64,000 nt of DNA, taken from contig NC_057719.1 in the NCBI RefSeq assembly GCF_004010195.1, forward strand, positions 58,386,411 to 58,450,410, read 5' to 3'. Source of the stretch: Chiloscyllium plagiosum. Lineage: Eukaryota. The notes beneath the pieces were generated by a model. It ran no database searches. It saw nothing but the letters and a program-made list of their open reading frames with translations, and had not been told where the DNA came from. A program made the translations under genes and the position numbers. Every line of letters starts with the position of its first letter. The stretch's first letter is position 1. This document shows, piece after piece, positions 25,531 to 38,830 of this stretch.

Positions 25531-26092
25531 TGACATCTTTGGAGGAAAGCCAGACCACCTGGCGGAAACCCACGCAGATATAGGGAGAATGTGTTCACTC
25601 TACACAGATAGTCACCTGAGGATGAAATTAAACCCAGGTCCCTAGCGGTGTAATGCAGCAGTGCAGACCACTGAGCCACTTGCCTCCCATAACCAAAGGG
25701 CTGCTCTCTCATTACAGACAGCGACACACAAAAACTGATGTTGGCTTAACCTGAGGGTCACTACACCTCGTGACGGGAGAGGTTGAGAAGGTGAATCATT
25801 CACATTGACCACAGCCAATGAAGGATTTGAACCTGTACAGTTGGCATCACTTGATTTTGAAAACTGGCTGTGGAACCAATTTAGCTAATCAATGATAAGG
25901 CATTGGGCAGAGTCAACATAAAGTTATGTGAGGAAAATCATGTTAACTCAACTTGGAGTTTTCTGAAGATCTTTGGGCAATATACTATTATTTACTATTG
26001 TTGATTGTGAATTATTTAATAGAGAGCAGAGAGTAGGGATAAACAGATCATTTTCAAGATTGCAGGCTGTTATTAGTGCTAGGTCAACAACT

Positions 26093-26420
26093 ATTTTTTT
26101 TTATTGTTCATTCACGGGATCTGGGCATCGCTGGTTAAGGCAGCATTTATTGCCCATTCCTAATTGTCCCTCAGAATCAACAGCATTGCTGTTAGTTTGG
26201 AGTCGTATGTAGGCCAGATCAGGTAAGATTGGTAGTTTCCTTCACTAAAGGACATTCGTGAACCAGATGGGTTTTTCTGACAATCAACACTGGATTTATG
26301 GTCATCATTAGGTTGTTAAGTCTAGATGTTTTATTGAATTCAAATTCCACTATTTGCTGTGGCACGATTCGAACTGGTTCCCCAGAACATTACCTGGGGT
26401 CTCTGAATTAACAGTTTGAC
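26093..26420 (-). mobile_element. SINE with L2-like 3' tail (same family as 37590-37888)
   Basis: Reverse-complement match to 37590-37888, including the atgtgactccagacc core and the gcaataaatgctg tail. Confidence 0.7.
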
Positions 26421-26552
26421 TAAAACACTTCCACAATCGATAGAAATGAGGAGGAGGAGGATGAAAGAAGCATGACCTCTGGGAAGGGAGTGTCGAGTTT
26501 CTAAATCAAGTTGCTATTAAAAAGGAAGAGGTGTTTTGTGTCTTAAAAAGTA

Positions 26553-26805
26553 TTAAGACCATAAGACATAGGAGTGGAAGTAAGGCCATTTGGCCCATCG
26601 AGTCCACTCCACCATTTAATCATGGCTGATGGGCATTTCAACTCCACTTACCCACACTCTCACCGTAGTCCATTAATTCCTTGTGAAATCAAAAATTTAT
26701 CAATCTCTGCCTTGAAGACATTAAATGTCCCGGTCTCCACTGCACTCTGTGGCAATGAATTCCGCAGGCCCACCACTGTCTGGCTGAAGAAATGTCTCCA
26801 CATTT
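26553..26805 (-). mobile_element. CR1 LINE 3' terminus
   Basis: Tail repeat taagaccataagacatagg plus antisense ORF2 end (HFFSQTVVGLRNSLPQSAV). Confidence 0.8.
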
Positions 26806-26962
26806 TCATTGCATTAACAAATTGTGCCCTTGTGGCCAAATGCCCTGTAATGCAGCCCCTGGTGACCCCATCATTCTGAAGCTTCTTACGACCTTCTCAA
26901 ATTCAGTCATGGAATGTTAGCTAAACTTAATAACATGATGATCAGGATATTAGTAGTCTCCT

Positions 26963-29930
26963 CAGAGAAAGTAAAGACTGCAGATGCTGGAGATCAGAGT
27001 CGAGAGTGTGTTGCTGGAAAAACACAGCAAGTCAGGCAGCACCCAAGGAGAAGGAGAATCGCATTTCGGGCATAAGCCCTTCATCAAGAATGAGGCTTGT
27101 GGGCCGGGGGGCTGAGAGATAAATGGGAGGAGGAGGTGGGGCTGAGAGGGAAATCAGTTGAGAATGCAATAGGTAGATAAAGTTGGGGGTGGTGGGGGGG
27201 GGTGGGGAGTGGAGGTACTAGGTCAGAGAGGCGGATTGAGCGGATAGATGGGAAAGGCGATGGACAAGTCAAGAGGGAGGTGCCAAGTTGGATGCTTGGG
27301 ACTGGGATAAGGTGCGGGGCGGGGAATTGAGGAAACTGGTGAAATCCACATTAATTCCATCTGGCTGCAGGGTCCCAAGCAGAAGATGAGGCGTTCTTCC
27401 TCCAGATGTCGGGGAAGAAGGGTTTGGTGATGGAGGAGGTCCAGGACCTATATATCCTTGGTGGGGTTGGGGGGCAGTTGAAGTGTTCAGCCATGGGGCG
27501 GTGCGGATGTCCCAGAGATGTTCCCTGAAATGATCCATAAATTGGCGTCTTGTCTCCCCAATGTAGAGGAGACCACATCGGATCCAATGGATATGGTAGA
27601 TGACATTGGTGGAGGTAGAGGTAAATTTCTCTCTGTTGTGCAAGGATCCTTTGGGGTTTTGGACTGAGCTAAGAGGCAAGGTGTGGGCACAGGTTCTGCA
27701 CTTCCTGCAGTGGTAGGAAGGCGCTGGGAGCGAGGTGTTTGCTGGTGGGGAGCGTGAATCTGACAAGGGAGTCACTGAGGGATTGGTCTCTCCGAAATGC
27801 TGATAGGGGTGGGGAGGAAAATATATCCCTAGTTGTGGGGTCTGTTTGTAGGTGGTGGAAGTGGCAGAGGATGATGTGATGTATGCGGAGGTTGGTGGAG
27901 TGGAAAGTGAGGACCTGGGAGGTTCAGTCCTTGTTGTGTTGGGAGGGGTGAGGTTCAAGGGCAGAAAGTGGAGGAGATGTGCTGGAAGGTATTGTCGACC
28001 ATGTGGGAGGGGAAATTGCGGTCTTTGAAGAAGGAGGCCATGTGGGATTTTCTAAGGTTGAATTGGTCATCCTGGGAACCGCTGTGGTGGAAGTGGAGGA
28101 ATTGGGGATAAGGGATGGTGTTTTTACAGGAGGCAGGATGGGAGGAGGTGTCATCCAAGGAGCTGTGGGTGTCCGTAGGTTTGTAGTAGATGTCTGTGGT
28201 TAGTCGATCACCAGAGATGGAGATGGAGAGGTCAAGGATGGAGAGGGAGGTATTCGAGATGGTCCAGGTTGGATTGAAAGGTGTTTGTGAAGTTGAAGAA
28301 GTGTTCATCCTCCTCGAGGGAGCACGAGGTAGTGCCGATGCAGTCATCGATGTTGCGGAGAAAAAGGTGGGGGATGGTGCCGGTCTAGCTGTGGAAGGTG
28401 GACTGTTCCAAGTACCTGACAAAGTGGCAGGCATAGCTGGGGCCCATGTGGGTGCCTATGGCTACCCCTTTGGTTTGGAGGAAGTGAGAGAATTGGAAGG
28501 AGAAGATGTTTAAGGGTGAGGACTAGTTCAAACAGGCGATTTAGGGTATCAGTGGAAAGGTACTGTTTGGACAACGTGAGAGGAAGAAACGGAGCACTTG
28601 GAGGCCTTTGTCATGGCAGATAGATGTGGACAGTGACTGGATGTCCATGGCGAAGGTAAGACATCGGGGGCTGGGGAAACGAAAGTCTTGAAAGAGGTGA
28701 AGGGTGTGGGTGGTGTTCCGAACCAAGTTGAGGAGTTCCTGGACTAAGAGGGTGTCAAGATATGCAGAGATGAGTCCAGTAGGACAGGGACAGGCTAAGA
28801 TAATGGATCGACTGGGGAAGTCAGGTTTGTGAATCTTTCGTAGGAGGTAGAATCCGGTGGTGCGGGGTTTGCAGACAACGAGGTTAGAGGCTGTGAATGG
28901 GAGATCCTGGGAGGTGATGAGGTTGTGGATAGTCTGGGAGATGATGGTTTGGTGATAGGAGGTGAGGTTGTGGTCGAGGGGGCAGTAGGAGGAGGTGTTG
29001 ACGAGTTGGTGTAGAGGTCAGTGCGCCAAACTACCACAACGTCACCCTTGTCTGCTGGTTTCATGGTGATGTTGGGGTTGTAGTGGAGGGCTGCGCGTTG
29101 CGAGGGCAGGAGGTTAGACTGGCGAGAGGGGGGTGGACAGGTTGAGGCGGTCTATGTCACAGCTTCAGTTAGAAATGAAGAGGTCAAGGGCAAGTAACAG
29201 GCCAGCGCAGGTGTCCAGATGAATTGGATGTGTTGGAGGCGAGAGAAGGGGTCCTCATTGCACGGGTGGGAGACTTGATTAAAAAAGTGGGTCCAGAGGT
29301 GGAGGCGGCGGTAGAAAAGTGCAATGTCGTAACACGTCTTGAACTCATTAATCCAGGAGCATAGAGGGATGAAGGTGAGTGAGGCCTTTGCTGAGGAGTG
29401 CACATGCATCCTCTGTGAAGCTGGGAGCTACGACCTGGGGTGGGGCTGGAGCTGAGGGTGGGGACAGAGATTCCCACTAGAGTGGATGTGGATATGGGGT
29501 GGGGAGTGATGTCACCAACAGAAGTGACACACACCGGGGGGGGGGGGAAATGAGGGGGAGTGGCTGTGTTCTGGTGAGTGATGTCACTGATGGTGGAAGT
29601 GACATTAGCGATGTAGTCATCTGTGGGAACGGAAGTGGCTGCAGCAGTGGCAACTGCAGGGGAGGAAGTGATGTGCATACTAGGTATCACTTCAGTGCTG
29701 GTGGTGGTGGATCCTGCAGCAGTCACGGAAGTAGTAGCCTTCCTGGCGCTCGCGGAGGTGGTTGTCTGGATAGTGATTGGGGAGAAGGCGTGGTCAGCAG
29801 TCGCTGCAGTCTGTGGGGTGGCGGGGGCAGAAGTAACATGATCATTCACCACGGCAGACGTGGCTGGAATGGCCACGTGGCTATTGGCGTCTGAGCAGTT
29901 TCAGAGACCAGGAGAAGCTTTGGGAATGTT
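26963..29930 (-). mobile_element. Penelope-like element (family A), ~3 kb decayed copy with RT and GIY-YIG
   Basis: Minus-strand pieces: MKPADKGDVVVVWR (PLE RT N-region), FAMDIQSL, LDLSISISGDRLTTDIYYKPTD, GLLYIGETRRQFMDHFREH (GIY-YIG). Terminus as at 23698. Many frameshifts. Confidence 0.9.
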
Positions 29931-30511
29931 GAGGTAAGTACATGGAAGTTTGCTTAACTTAGGAGTAGTCCCCTGCCTAATATGGTGGAATTTTTGATAT
30001 AACAGGATCAACTGTGCTAATGTTAGTCAAGAATTTATCTTCCAACCATTGTTGTGGTATGAAATTCAATCTTTACTGATTCCAGGCTTTTACTACTCTA
30101 ATAGAAAGTTCATTCCTTAGGTTAATCTGATTAGGTTTTGTGTGATGTACTTATTGATATAGTCCAGTCATTATTTTTAATTTATTTGACTTTAATGGTT
30201 CCTTTTTGTTTTAATTCACTGGCAGATAAATACAATGTTCGATATTTATCTTTTTCCTTTTGTAACTTTGTGTACTTCAGTGTAGTTACCTTTTCTAATG
30301 CCTCCATCTTCATCCTGTTCTTATCCTTCATTCAGACATACCAGACTGGGAGGAATCCATATCAGGATATTTCAGTTATTTTAGTTCTCATATCAGTTAT
30401 TTGTTATCCCTTTTCACAGTCTGTATGAATCTCTGCCACCTTGCTCTCCACAATATCTTGCAATAAACAGTTGTAGTCAGGATCAAAATGAAAAGAAAGC
30501 ATAACTTGCTG

Positions 30512-31444
30512 ATGTTATGACCCATTTGGGAAAGTACACAGATACTTGAGCCCCAGTATTCTCAGGTTCATCAAGATATGCAAAGACCCCAGTGAAAAGC
30601 CAAAAAAAGTTCCAAAACAGTTCATATATAAGCTGTTAGGAACTGGTTAAGACTAGTATGTTATCACAATCTTGTTGGCAGGGTTAAGAGATACCATAGT
30701 AATATAGTGAGTACCTTTTATATGGAATAAGATGTGATGCGATGATGTATGTAGAATAAATTGTGGTAGGATAGTATAATGAAATTGTGTATGTAAAAAT
30801 AAAGAACTAGATAACAACACCAGTCCTAGAATGCTGGAAGCAATATAACAATAATACAATGTAATTGATCAGTGGAACTGTGCACAATCTTCAGATGTGT
30901 ACAGTTCCCCTTTCATAATTTTGAATAAAACTGGTGAACAGAATAACTCAAGACTTGTCTCACTACTGTGGGCATAGGAGGAAAGAAAACCTTTCTGCAT
31001 CAGTGCTGTAGCCAGCAGGATGTGCCAGACCCATTGTGATGGTGGAACAACATTTTGGTGAGTACTATTTCAAGGTTCTGGAGAATACTTTCTGAATGGT
31101 TCACATTGGATAGATCCTTGGGTGAGGAGGTGTGTCCTGATAAAGTCAGAGAGGCTCAAATGAGAGGCTGATTGGATCCTAAGTACCTGCCATTATTAGC
31201 CAAAAATACTGCTGAACATTGTTGAAGTTGAGTTTGTAGAGGAAAGAAGAGAGGGAATCATGTCCCTTTACCTCACCTGTGACCATAGAAAATGGTACTT
31301 CTCATACTTAAAACGAAAGAAAGGATGGTAGACAAGTCATGTGCTGGAAAGCATGCATCCTGTCAACTAGTTAGCTGGCATTTATCAATGATCAAGAATT
31401 TAAACAAGGAGTCATTGCAATAAAAAAGGCACTTGTATATCACA
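30512..31444. mobile_element. Putative LTR-like repeat
   Basis: Block starts TGTTATGA and ends ATCACA. Non-coding; no TSD or second copy seen. Confidence 0.25.
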
Positions 31445-34400
31445 GAATATCAGAATTGTTAGGTGCAAAAAGAGGCTATTTGGCCCTTTGTATCTGTACT
31501 GGTTGTATTCCCAAATGCCAATGCCATGCCTTTTCCCTCTATGCCGGCGCACTATTTCTGTCTGAATAATCAATATATGAAGGTCAGATGTTCACCTTTG
31601 TATTAGTGATTTGGATAATCAGTCTTTTTGTGTCTGAAGATGACTTTGTTGAGTGTTTACAGTTACTAAATTAAATGTTAACTATCTGTGGTGTGGTCTT
31701 TTATTTGTTTTTGTTTCCTGGTAATTAAATGTTGTCTCATACATTTGCATTATAACTGAAGCTAATAACGTGTTTATGTTTGCCCCAGAGCTCAAGATTT
31801 GGGGGTTTGTTTTAGGCTTTGAGTTCATATTTCAGGGATGTATGGAGGTAAGAAAGAGTGGATGTGATTCTGATGTGTGCCCATGTCTATTTAAAGTTAA
31901 GCCACAGATAGAGATACAATATTTAGTTGTTTTTTTTATGTTATTATTGACTCCCCCAGATAATTGAAGAGATCCACAGTGAAGTGCAAATTGATTGAAG
32001 GATTTTGAGGTCATTGTGTTCTATCCTTTTCAGGAGCTGTCAGTGGTCAATGATTTTAAAAAGTGCTATGAGATGAAAACAGAAGTTGATGGAGAAACTC
32101 AGCAAGTTTGGCAGCATCTGTTGAGAGAAAGCAAAGTTAACATTTTGGGTCCAGTGACCCTTCTTCAAAATATTATTCTTTGGCATCAATATGTTTTAGG
32201 CTTTCTTGTGAGAGGTTATCTCTTAGTTTTAATGGCAGTTGGAAAAAATCCAACTGAGAAAGAAGAATCAAGCCAAAACATGTAATTATTTACTATTATT
32301 TTTCTTAAAACACTAATATTAGGGTTTTGTTTAGTTTAAGGGAAGAGTTTGAGATAAATGGTTAACTTCATAATTTTGGAAATTTGAAATTTTGTTTTCA
32401 GGCCAGAATGAATTTGTAATTTTATTTTAACATATAGGTGAATCTTTAACTCTGAACAATGAGAACTGTTGTTTCGAAAGAAAAGGGGAATGATAATTAA
32501 ATTAAAGGGAACTTTTGCCCTACCCTCATAAAGCAGCAGAGGACTACTTCATAGTTTTGCAAGTTGACTGCACATCTCTTAAAACTTATAATGACCAATA
32601 CATTAAAATTTTAAATAAAGTCTAATTTTCTGAATTGTCAGATGTTTGAGTGAATTACCCAATACAGCTGGAGGCAGAATGAATGGATTTTTAAGTTCGT
32701 TTTTCGAATAAATGCAAATACAGCAAGTTTTGCAGCAGCTTCGAAAATTTGTGAATTTGTCATCAAGTTTTCAACATCACAGCACAATGATGGATGAATC
32801 ATCCTTAACCTACCCAAGCCATTTGTTAATACTGTTCTCGAGTGTAGGAGAACTGCTGTAAAAAAATTGGAATTTCAAGGATTTCAAATCACCAAGCCTG
32901 AATACAAAAAAAATTTTTTTAAATGAATTATATTAAGATTTACATGGGTTGGTAGTCTAAAGCATTTAAAGCAATTACTTATCTAGTCTCAGTGCTTTCA
33001 ATGCACTGAAGAATTTATTAGTTTCCCTTGAGAAATGAATGAAGTTTTAAAGAAAAAAAAATACATTATTTCAATTTTGGAAAATTTTGAGATGTGAAAA
33101 AATGTCATCTAAAACAAAAAACAAAAATACGATGTCACCTGGAATAAAACAAAAACATTTGATTTCTGCTTTAAAAATTGAGGCTATGTATTTTATTGGA
33201 CTGTAAAATTTCTCCAGAGCTCATGAATGAGATTGGTTGGTAACTAGTGGGATGTGTAATACTAAATGAGAAGAAGTGATTGAGACTAGAAAATGGAGAC
33301 AAGAAAGACATAGCAATCGAAATTTGAACAACATGTCCAGGTGTAATTCAGGAGAGTGCCTATTTGTATTAATATACGTTTTAGGTGAAAGGGAAGCTTA
33401 GATAACAATTGTAAACCAGTACTTTCCTCTTGCTGATATTTGTGTCCTTGGTTTTTTTAAAGAGATCTGATGTTAACAAGTGGGTCACCACCCATGATAT
33501 CAGAACTTTATTTGGAGGAATGAGCAAAGACTTTCCAGGTCTTTGATAAGGTCATGTGAGAATCAAGATTGTAGGGCTTGGTATTGGGGGTGTTTATTGG
33601 GTGCAAGAATATGCTGGAAACCTGAACAAAGGATGAGATATTTTGCACCGAACTATGGTTTTCACTCATGTGCACCCACTTGACAAATGACATGGCATGA
33701 AATAATTAATGTGGCTTGTAAGAGAGAGAACATCTTTGAAATCAGCAAGGTGCTCCTTAGTGAAAGCAACCTGTAAAAATGAAGATAGAGTTAAACATAT
33801 TGACACCTACTGAAGTGAACAAAATGAAAGAAGTAAGGAGGAAAATTTGAGTTTGAATAACGAAGAACTTAGGAGTACGTACACTTGGTAAGATGATCCT
33901 CAGGATGGATAGAGCTGAAGGGAGTGTTGGAGAATTTTAAGTTCATGGATTTTACTGTTTTAGGTGAAGTGATCTGAATCAGGAGAATGTTAAACTAAAT
34001 TAAAGGGCATAAATTGAAGTTGATAGTCACATTAGGGATGATAGAACATGCTGGATTTTATTATAAATTGTGGAAATGGAGAATCTGAAAATGTAGGAAA
34101 TTTGGTCAGATCACCATACTCAAAGGTTGAAGAAAGTGTGAACAGCAATGATGAGACAAGGGTTGAGAAGATCTTATACTGTAAAATCTAGATTACGATG
34201 TTTGTTTCATGACTTGCTCAGGTTGTAAATAACATCTATAAATGGGATGGAATTCAATTGTTTTTCTAGCAGTGACAGTATGATCAGTGACTTGTTTAAT
34301 GGTTGCAATGACACGAGTGGAATGAGGGGATTTGGTTTATTTTACTTCATAAAGATAAGTAGCATGGAAAATATTTCAAGTATAGTCAGTAGGATCAGAA

Positions 34401-34699
34401 CATCTTTTGCATCAGCTCACCTCCAATCCTAGTTAAGAATGCATGTGAGATTGCCTTGGAATCAGAGTCACTCTTCTGTGATATGCATATGTCAGTTGTT
34501 TAAGTCTGGCATGTTTTATCTGACCAGTTCAAACAAGTCATTTAAGAATCTTTGAGAGCCTCTTGCTTCCCAAAAATGGCTGAATTAATTAGCGATAATG
34601 ATAACAATTGTATGGATTTTATGAAAATTGAAGTGTGCAGTTACAGATCTGATGTTTGACATAAATCCTAGAGAATAATTAAGGGAAACCCTTAAACCG

Positions 34700-35392
34700 G
34701 CTGGGAAATGGTACAGGAAGGCGGAAGAACAGTAGCCCAGGGCTATCTGTTAAGGAAAATATCAACTCTGTTAGCCAAACTTAGAGCAGTGATCATGGTT
34801 TTAAAAATGAAAACATCAAAACAACAGCACTTTTAAAAGGGAGAGGACAGACAAAGGAAGCTCATGGTGAGATCAGTGCAGGAGAGAGAGAAAGAAAGAA
34901 CCCCAATTTGCTATCTGACACAGCAATGATCCTGCACAGTTACTGTCTTTGCTATTTGAATTCATGCATTGCTGGACATCCAAGTGCTTCTGGGAAGATT
35001 AACAAACAGTGAAAATCACAGTTAGTCTTGTTTGGGAGGGGTCACAGCACAGAAACACATAAGTGGATATTTTAAGCGTAACCTTACAGTAATTCTGCAG
35101 TAGTGAGTAGAGTGGGTTCGTTCTTGATTATATGTTTTACTGAGATATGTCTCTTGATTAAACTTAAAATATAAGCCATAAGTATTAATTTAACCTGGAG
35201 GAATAAGACAGTGCTATTTTCTGGGTCTATAGATTTGAAAGAAGCAAAAATGGCCTTCAGTAGAGTGATATGCTCTACTTGTCGGATGTGGGATTTTAGG
35301 GGGAGTTTGTGTTACATTTATTATATCTATAATAAATGCCATTGGTTGTGAATCCCATTAGATCAAATTGATCGGTTGGAGACACAGTTAGA
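34700..35392 (+). mobile_element. CR1 5' region with ORF1 N-terminal zinc-finger/leucine-zipper remnant
   Basis: From 35250: MAFSRVICSTCRMWDFRGSL...NKCHWL*IPLDQIDRLETQLE, the CxxC...(C)xxC plus leucine-heptad start of CR1 ORF1. Confidence 0.7.
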
Positions 35393-36035
35393 GATGTACA
35401 TCACAGAAACAGACTCTTTGCTTCAACTCATCGATGCCGACCAGATAACCCAAGCCAATCTAGTCCCGCCTGCCAGCAACTGACCCATATCCATCCAAAC
35501 CCTTCCTATTACTATTAATATACCCATCCAGATGCCTTTTAAATGTTGCAATTGTACCAGCCTCTACCACTTCCTCTGGCAGCTCATTCCATATACGTAC
35601 CACCCTCTGAGTGAAAAAGTTGCCCCTTAGGTCTCTTTAAATTAAGGGGGGTAGGTATAGGACAGATGTTAGGGGTAGGTTCTTTCCTCAGCGAGTCGTA
35701 AGTTCATGGAATGCCCTGCCAGTAGCCCCTCATTATGGGCATTTAAGCGGCCATTGGATAGGCATATGGAGGATAGTGGGCTAGTGTAGGTTAGGTGGGC
35801 TTGGATCGGCGCAACATCGAGGGCCGAAGGGCCTGTACTGCGCTGTATTCTTCTATGTTCTATGTTCTATGTTCTATATTTTTCCCTTCTCGGCCTAAAC
35901 CTATGCTTTCTAGTTCTGGACTCCCCACCCCAGGGAAAAGACTGTGTCTATTTATCCTATCCATGCCCATCATGATTTTGTAAATCTCTCGAAGGTCACC
36001 CCTCAGCCTCTGATGCTCTAGGAAAAACAGCCCCA
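35393..36035 (-). mobile_element. CR1 3' end fragment, containing a nested CR1
   Basis: Antisense CR1 tail and ORF2 end (RLRGDLREIYKIMMGMDRIN). Confidence 0.85.
35641..35876 (+). mobile_element. Short 3' fragment of a second, younger CR1 family
   Basis: YRTDVRGRFFPQRVVSSWNALP followed by gggccgaagggcctgtactgcgctgta and a (TTCTATG)n tail. Confidence 0.85.
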
Positions 36036-36790
36036 TGGGAGACTGGTTAGCAAGGTTAGATCTCATGGAATACAGGGAGAACTCACCATTTGGATACAGA
36101 ACTGGCTCAAAGGTAGAAGACAGAGGGTGGTGGTGGAGGGTTGTTTTTCAGACTGGAGGCCTGTGACCAGTGGAGTGCCACAAGGATTGGTGCTGGGTCC
36201 TATACTTTTCATCATTTATATAAATGATTTGGATGTGAGCTTAAAAGGTGTAATTAGTAAGTTTGCAGATGACACCAAAATTGGAGGTGTAGTGGACAGC
36301 GAAGAGGGTTATCTCCAAGATTTGCAAAGATGTTGCCAGGGTTGGAGGATCTGAGCTATAGGGAGAGGTTGAATAGGCTAGGGCTGTTTTCCCTGGAGTG
36401 TCAGAGGCTGAGGGGTGACTTTGTAGAGCTTTATAAAATCATGAAGGGCATAGATAGGATAAATAGATTAAGTCTTTTCCCTGAGGTGGGAGTCCAGAAC
36501 TAGAAGATATAGGTTTAGGATGAGAGGGGAAAGATATAAAAGAGACGTAAGGGATAACTTTTTCACGCAGAGGGTCGTATGTGTATGGAATAAGCTGCCA
36601 GAGGAAGTGGTGGAGGCTAGTACAATTGCAACATTTAAAAGGCATTTGGATGGGTATATGAATAGGAAGGGTTTGGAGGGTTATGGGCCAGGTGCTGGCA
36701 GGTGGTACTAGATTGGGTTGTGATATCTGGTCATCATGGACTAGTTGGACCATAGGGTTTGTTTCTGTGCTGTATGTCTCTATGACTCTA
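36036..36790 (+). mobile_element. CR1 RT to 3' end with an internal deletion
   Basis: [24 protein letters not shown]...SKFADDTK, then a jump to the ORF2 C-terminus and tail tatgactcta. Confidence 0.9.
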
Positions 36791-37385
36791 AAACAGAAGA
36801 TGAGAATGAATATTTAATACTGACACCAGAACAGTTTGCAAATGGCCAGACAGATCAGGCCAAGAGGAATATGACCAACCATGAAGGAAAGGAGTTTGTC
36901 GTGAGTAAAGTACCTAGACGTGAAGGAAGGTATCCCTGAGACTGATATCATGAGGCTTCAGGGAGTTGTGAAGGATGCATGAATAGATTAGGAGAAGTGG
37001 AAAGCACAAAGACCCAATGAGGTATGTCCAATTCCATGAGGAAGAACTGGAAAATGGATCAAGGAGCCAAATATTGAAGTATAGGAAAAAGTGATTCGCA
37101 ACAGTCATCAGACTCTGGCAGAAAAAGAACTCACCCAATGAACTCAACTCTTACTAAACTTGTCTTATCAGATAATGTTACTAATTCGGAGTGTGGATGG
37201 GTAGTATTACCAAGAATTATGCTAATGTGTAATAGACCAACATAATTATAGAAAGGATATACAATGTTAATCTTTGTGCTTGGATGTCAGAACCCCAAAA
37301 ATGCATGACAATTGTGATCAGATGAAATGGTTTGGATAGGTAAGCTCAAGCATTAATACAGCACGGTCACTCTTCAAGTGACATA

Positions 37386-37570
37386 CAGGCAGCCCTTGGG
37401 TTGCAAATATGTTCAGTTCCTGAGTCCATTTATATGCAAGTGCAAACACTGTGCAGGACAATGTAAAGCAGTTGTTCCTAAGTATAGGAGATGTTTGTAT
37501 GATGGATCTTTAAAATATAAGTATGAGCCTTTGTAAGTTGGATGTTCAGAAATCAAGACCCCCCCCCCTG
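37386..37570. mobile_element. Possible Tc1/mariner (Tigger-like) MITE, decayed
   Basis: TA-CAGGCAG start and ...CCCTG end. The inverted repeats are weak. Confidence 0.3.
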
Positions 37571-37589
37571 CCATATTACGTTCAGGATT

Positions 37590-37888
37590 AAGAACCAGTC
37601 GTGTTCTGCAGACCTTGGTTCAAATCATGTCATGGCGGAATTTGAATTTGAATTAAATACAAACTTTTAGAATTAAGAGTCTAATGATAACCATGAAACC
37701 ATTGTCAATTATTGCAAAAACCAATCTGATTCACGAATCTTTTCGGGAAGAAAATCTGCCATCCTTACTCAGTCTGACCTACATGTGACTCCAGACCTAC
37801 AGCAATGTGGTTGATTCTTAACTGTCCTTTGGGAAATTAGGATGTGCAATAAATGCTAGCCTAGCACCCCATGAATGGAAGAAAAAAG
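37590..37888 (+). mobile_element. SINE with tRNA-like B box and L2-like tail
   Basis: ggttcaaatc B box, core ...ctacatgtgactccagacc..., and tail gcaataaatgctagcc...gaaaaaa. Confidence 0.7.
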
Positions 37889-37959
37889 TCTAATCAGAGA
37901 GACCAACAAATTGTTTGATAGTGCTATTTGTGCCCCAACTTGTGCAATATAGATTTGTA

Positions 37960-38830
37960 CATTTATGCAGCATGGAAACAGACCCTTTGGTCCAACCAGT
38001 CCACACTGACTATGTTCCCAAACTGAACTAGTTCCACCTGCCCGTGCTTGGTCCATATTCTCTCCAATCCTTTTCAATTTGGAAACTTATCCAAATGTCT
38101 TTTGAACGTTGAAACTATACCTGCATCCACCACTTTCTCTGGTAGTTCATTTCACACGTGAACCACACTGTGTAAAAAGGTTACCCCTCATATCCTTTTT
38201 AAATCTTCCCCTCACTTTAAAAATATGCCCCCTAGTTTTCAGTTTCCCCACCTTGGGGAAAAGACCTATCTCATTCACCTTATCAATAACCCTCATGATT
38301 TTATCAATCTCTATAAAGTCACCTCTCAACCTCCCATGCTTCTCAACTTCCTACGCTCCAGTGAAAAAAAGGTCCCAGTCTTTCCTGTCTTATTTTTATA
38401 ACTCAAACTCTCCATTCCTGACAACGTCCTGGTAAATCTTTCCTGAACCCTCTCTAGTTTAATAATGTCCTTCCTATAATGAGATGATCAGAACTGCACA
38501 TAGTACTCCAGAAGAGGCCACCATCCTGTACAACCTCAACATGATGATCCAACTCCCATACTCAAAAGTCTGAGCATTGAAGGCAAGCGTTCTGTTTTCT
38601 TAACCACCCAGTCTACATATGACTCAAGTTTCAAAGAATCATGTACTTGAATCTTGTTCTACAACACTACCCAGGGCCCTACCATTAGTTGTATAAGTCA
38701 TGTCCTTGTTTGTATTACCAAAACGCAATACCTCACATTTATCCAAATTAAACTCCATTTGCCACTGCTCAGCCCGTTGACTCAAATGATCAAGATCTCT
38801 TTGTAATCTTAGACAATGTTTTTCATTAAT
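37960..38830 (-). mobile_element. CR1 3' ~870 bp
   Basis: ORF 38147-38329 RGDFIEIDKIMRVIDKVN...TRGHIFKVRG... Confidence 0.88.

Larger units (their letters stand above)
23491..25690 (-). mobile_element. HE1-type SINE split by a PLE insertion (3' part 23491-23697, 5' part 25532-25690)
   Basis: Antisense SINE tail and core up to ctgcacatctgtagactgtg. It resumes at acatctttggaggaaagccag...ggaaacccacgcaga...aacccaggtccc...accactgagccac (tRNA head). Confidence 0.8.
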
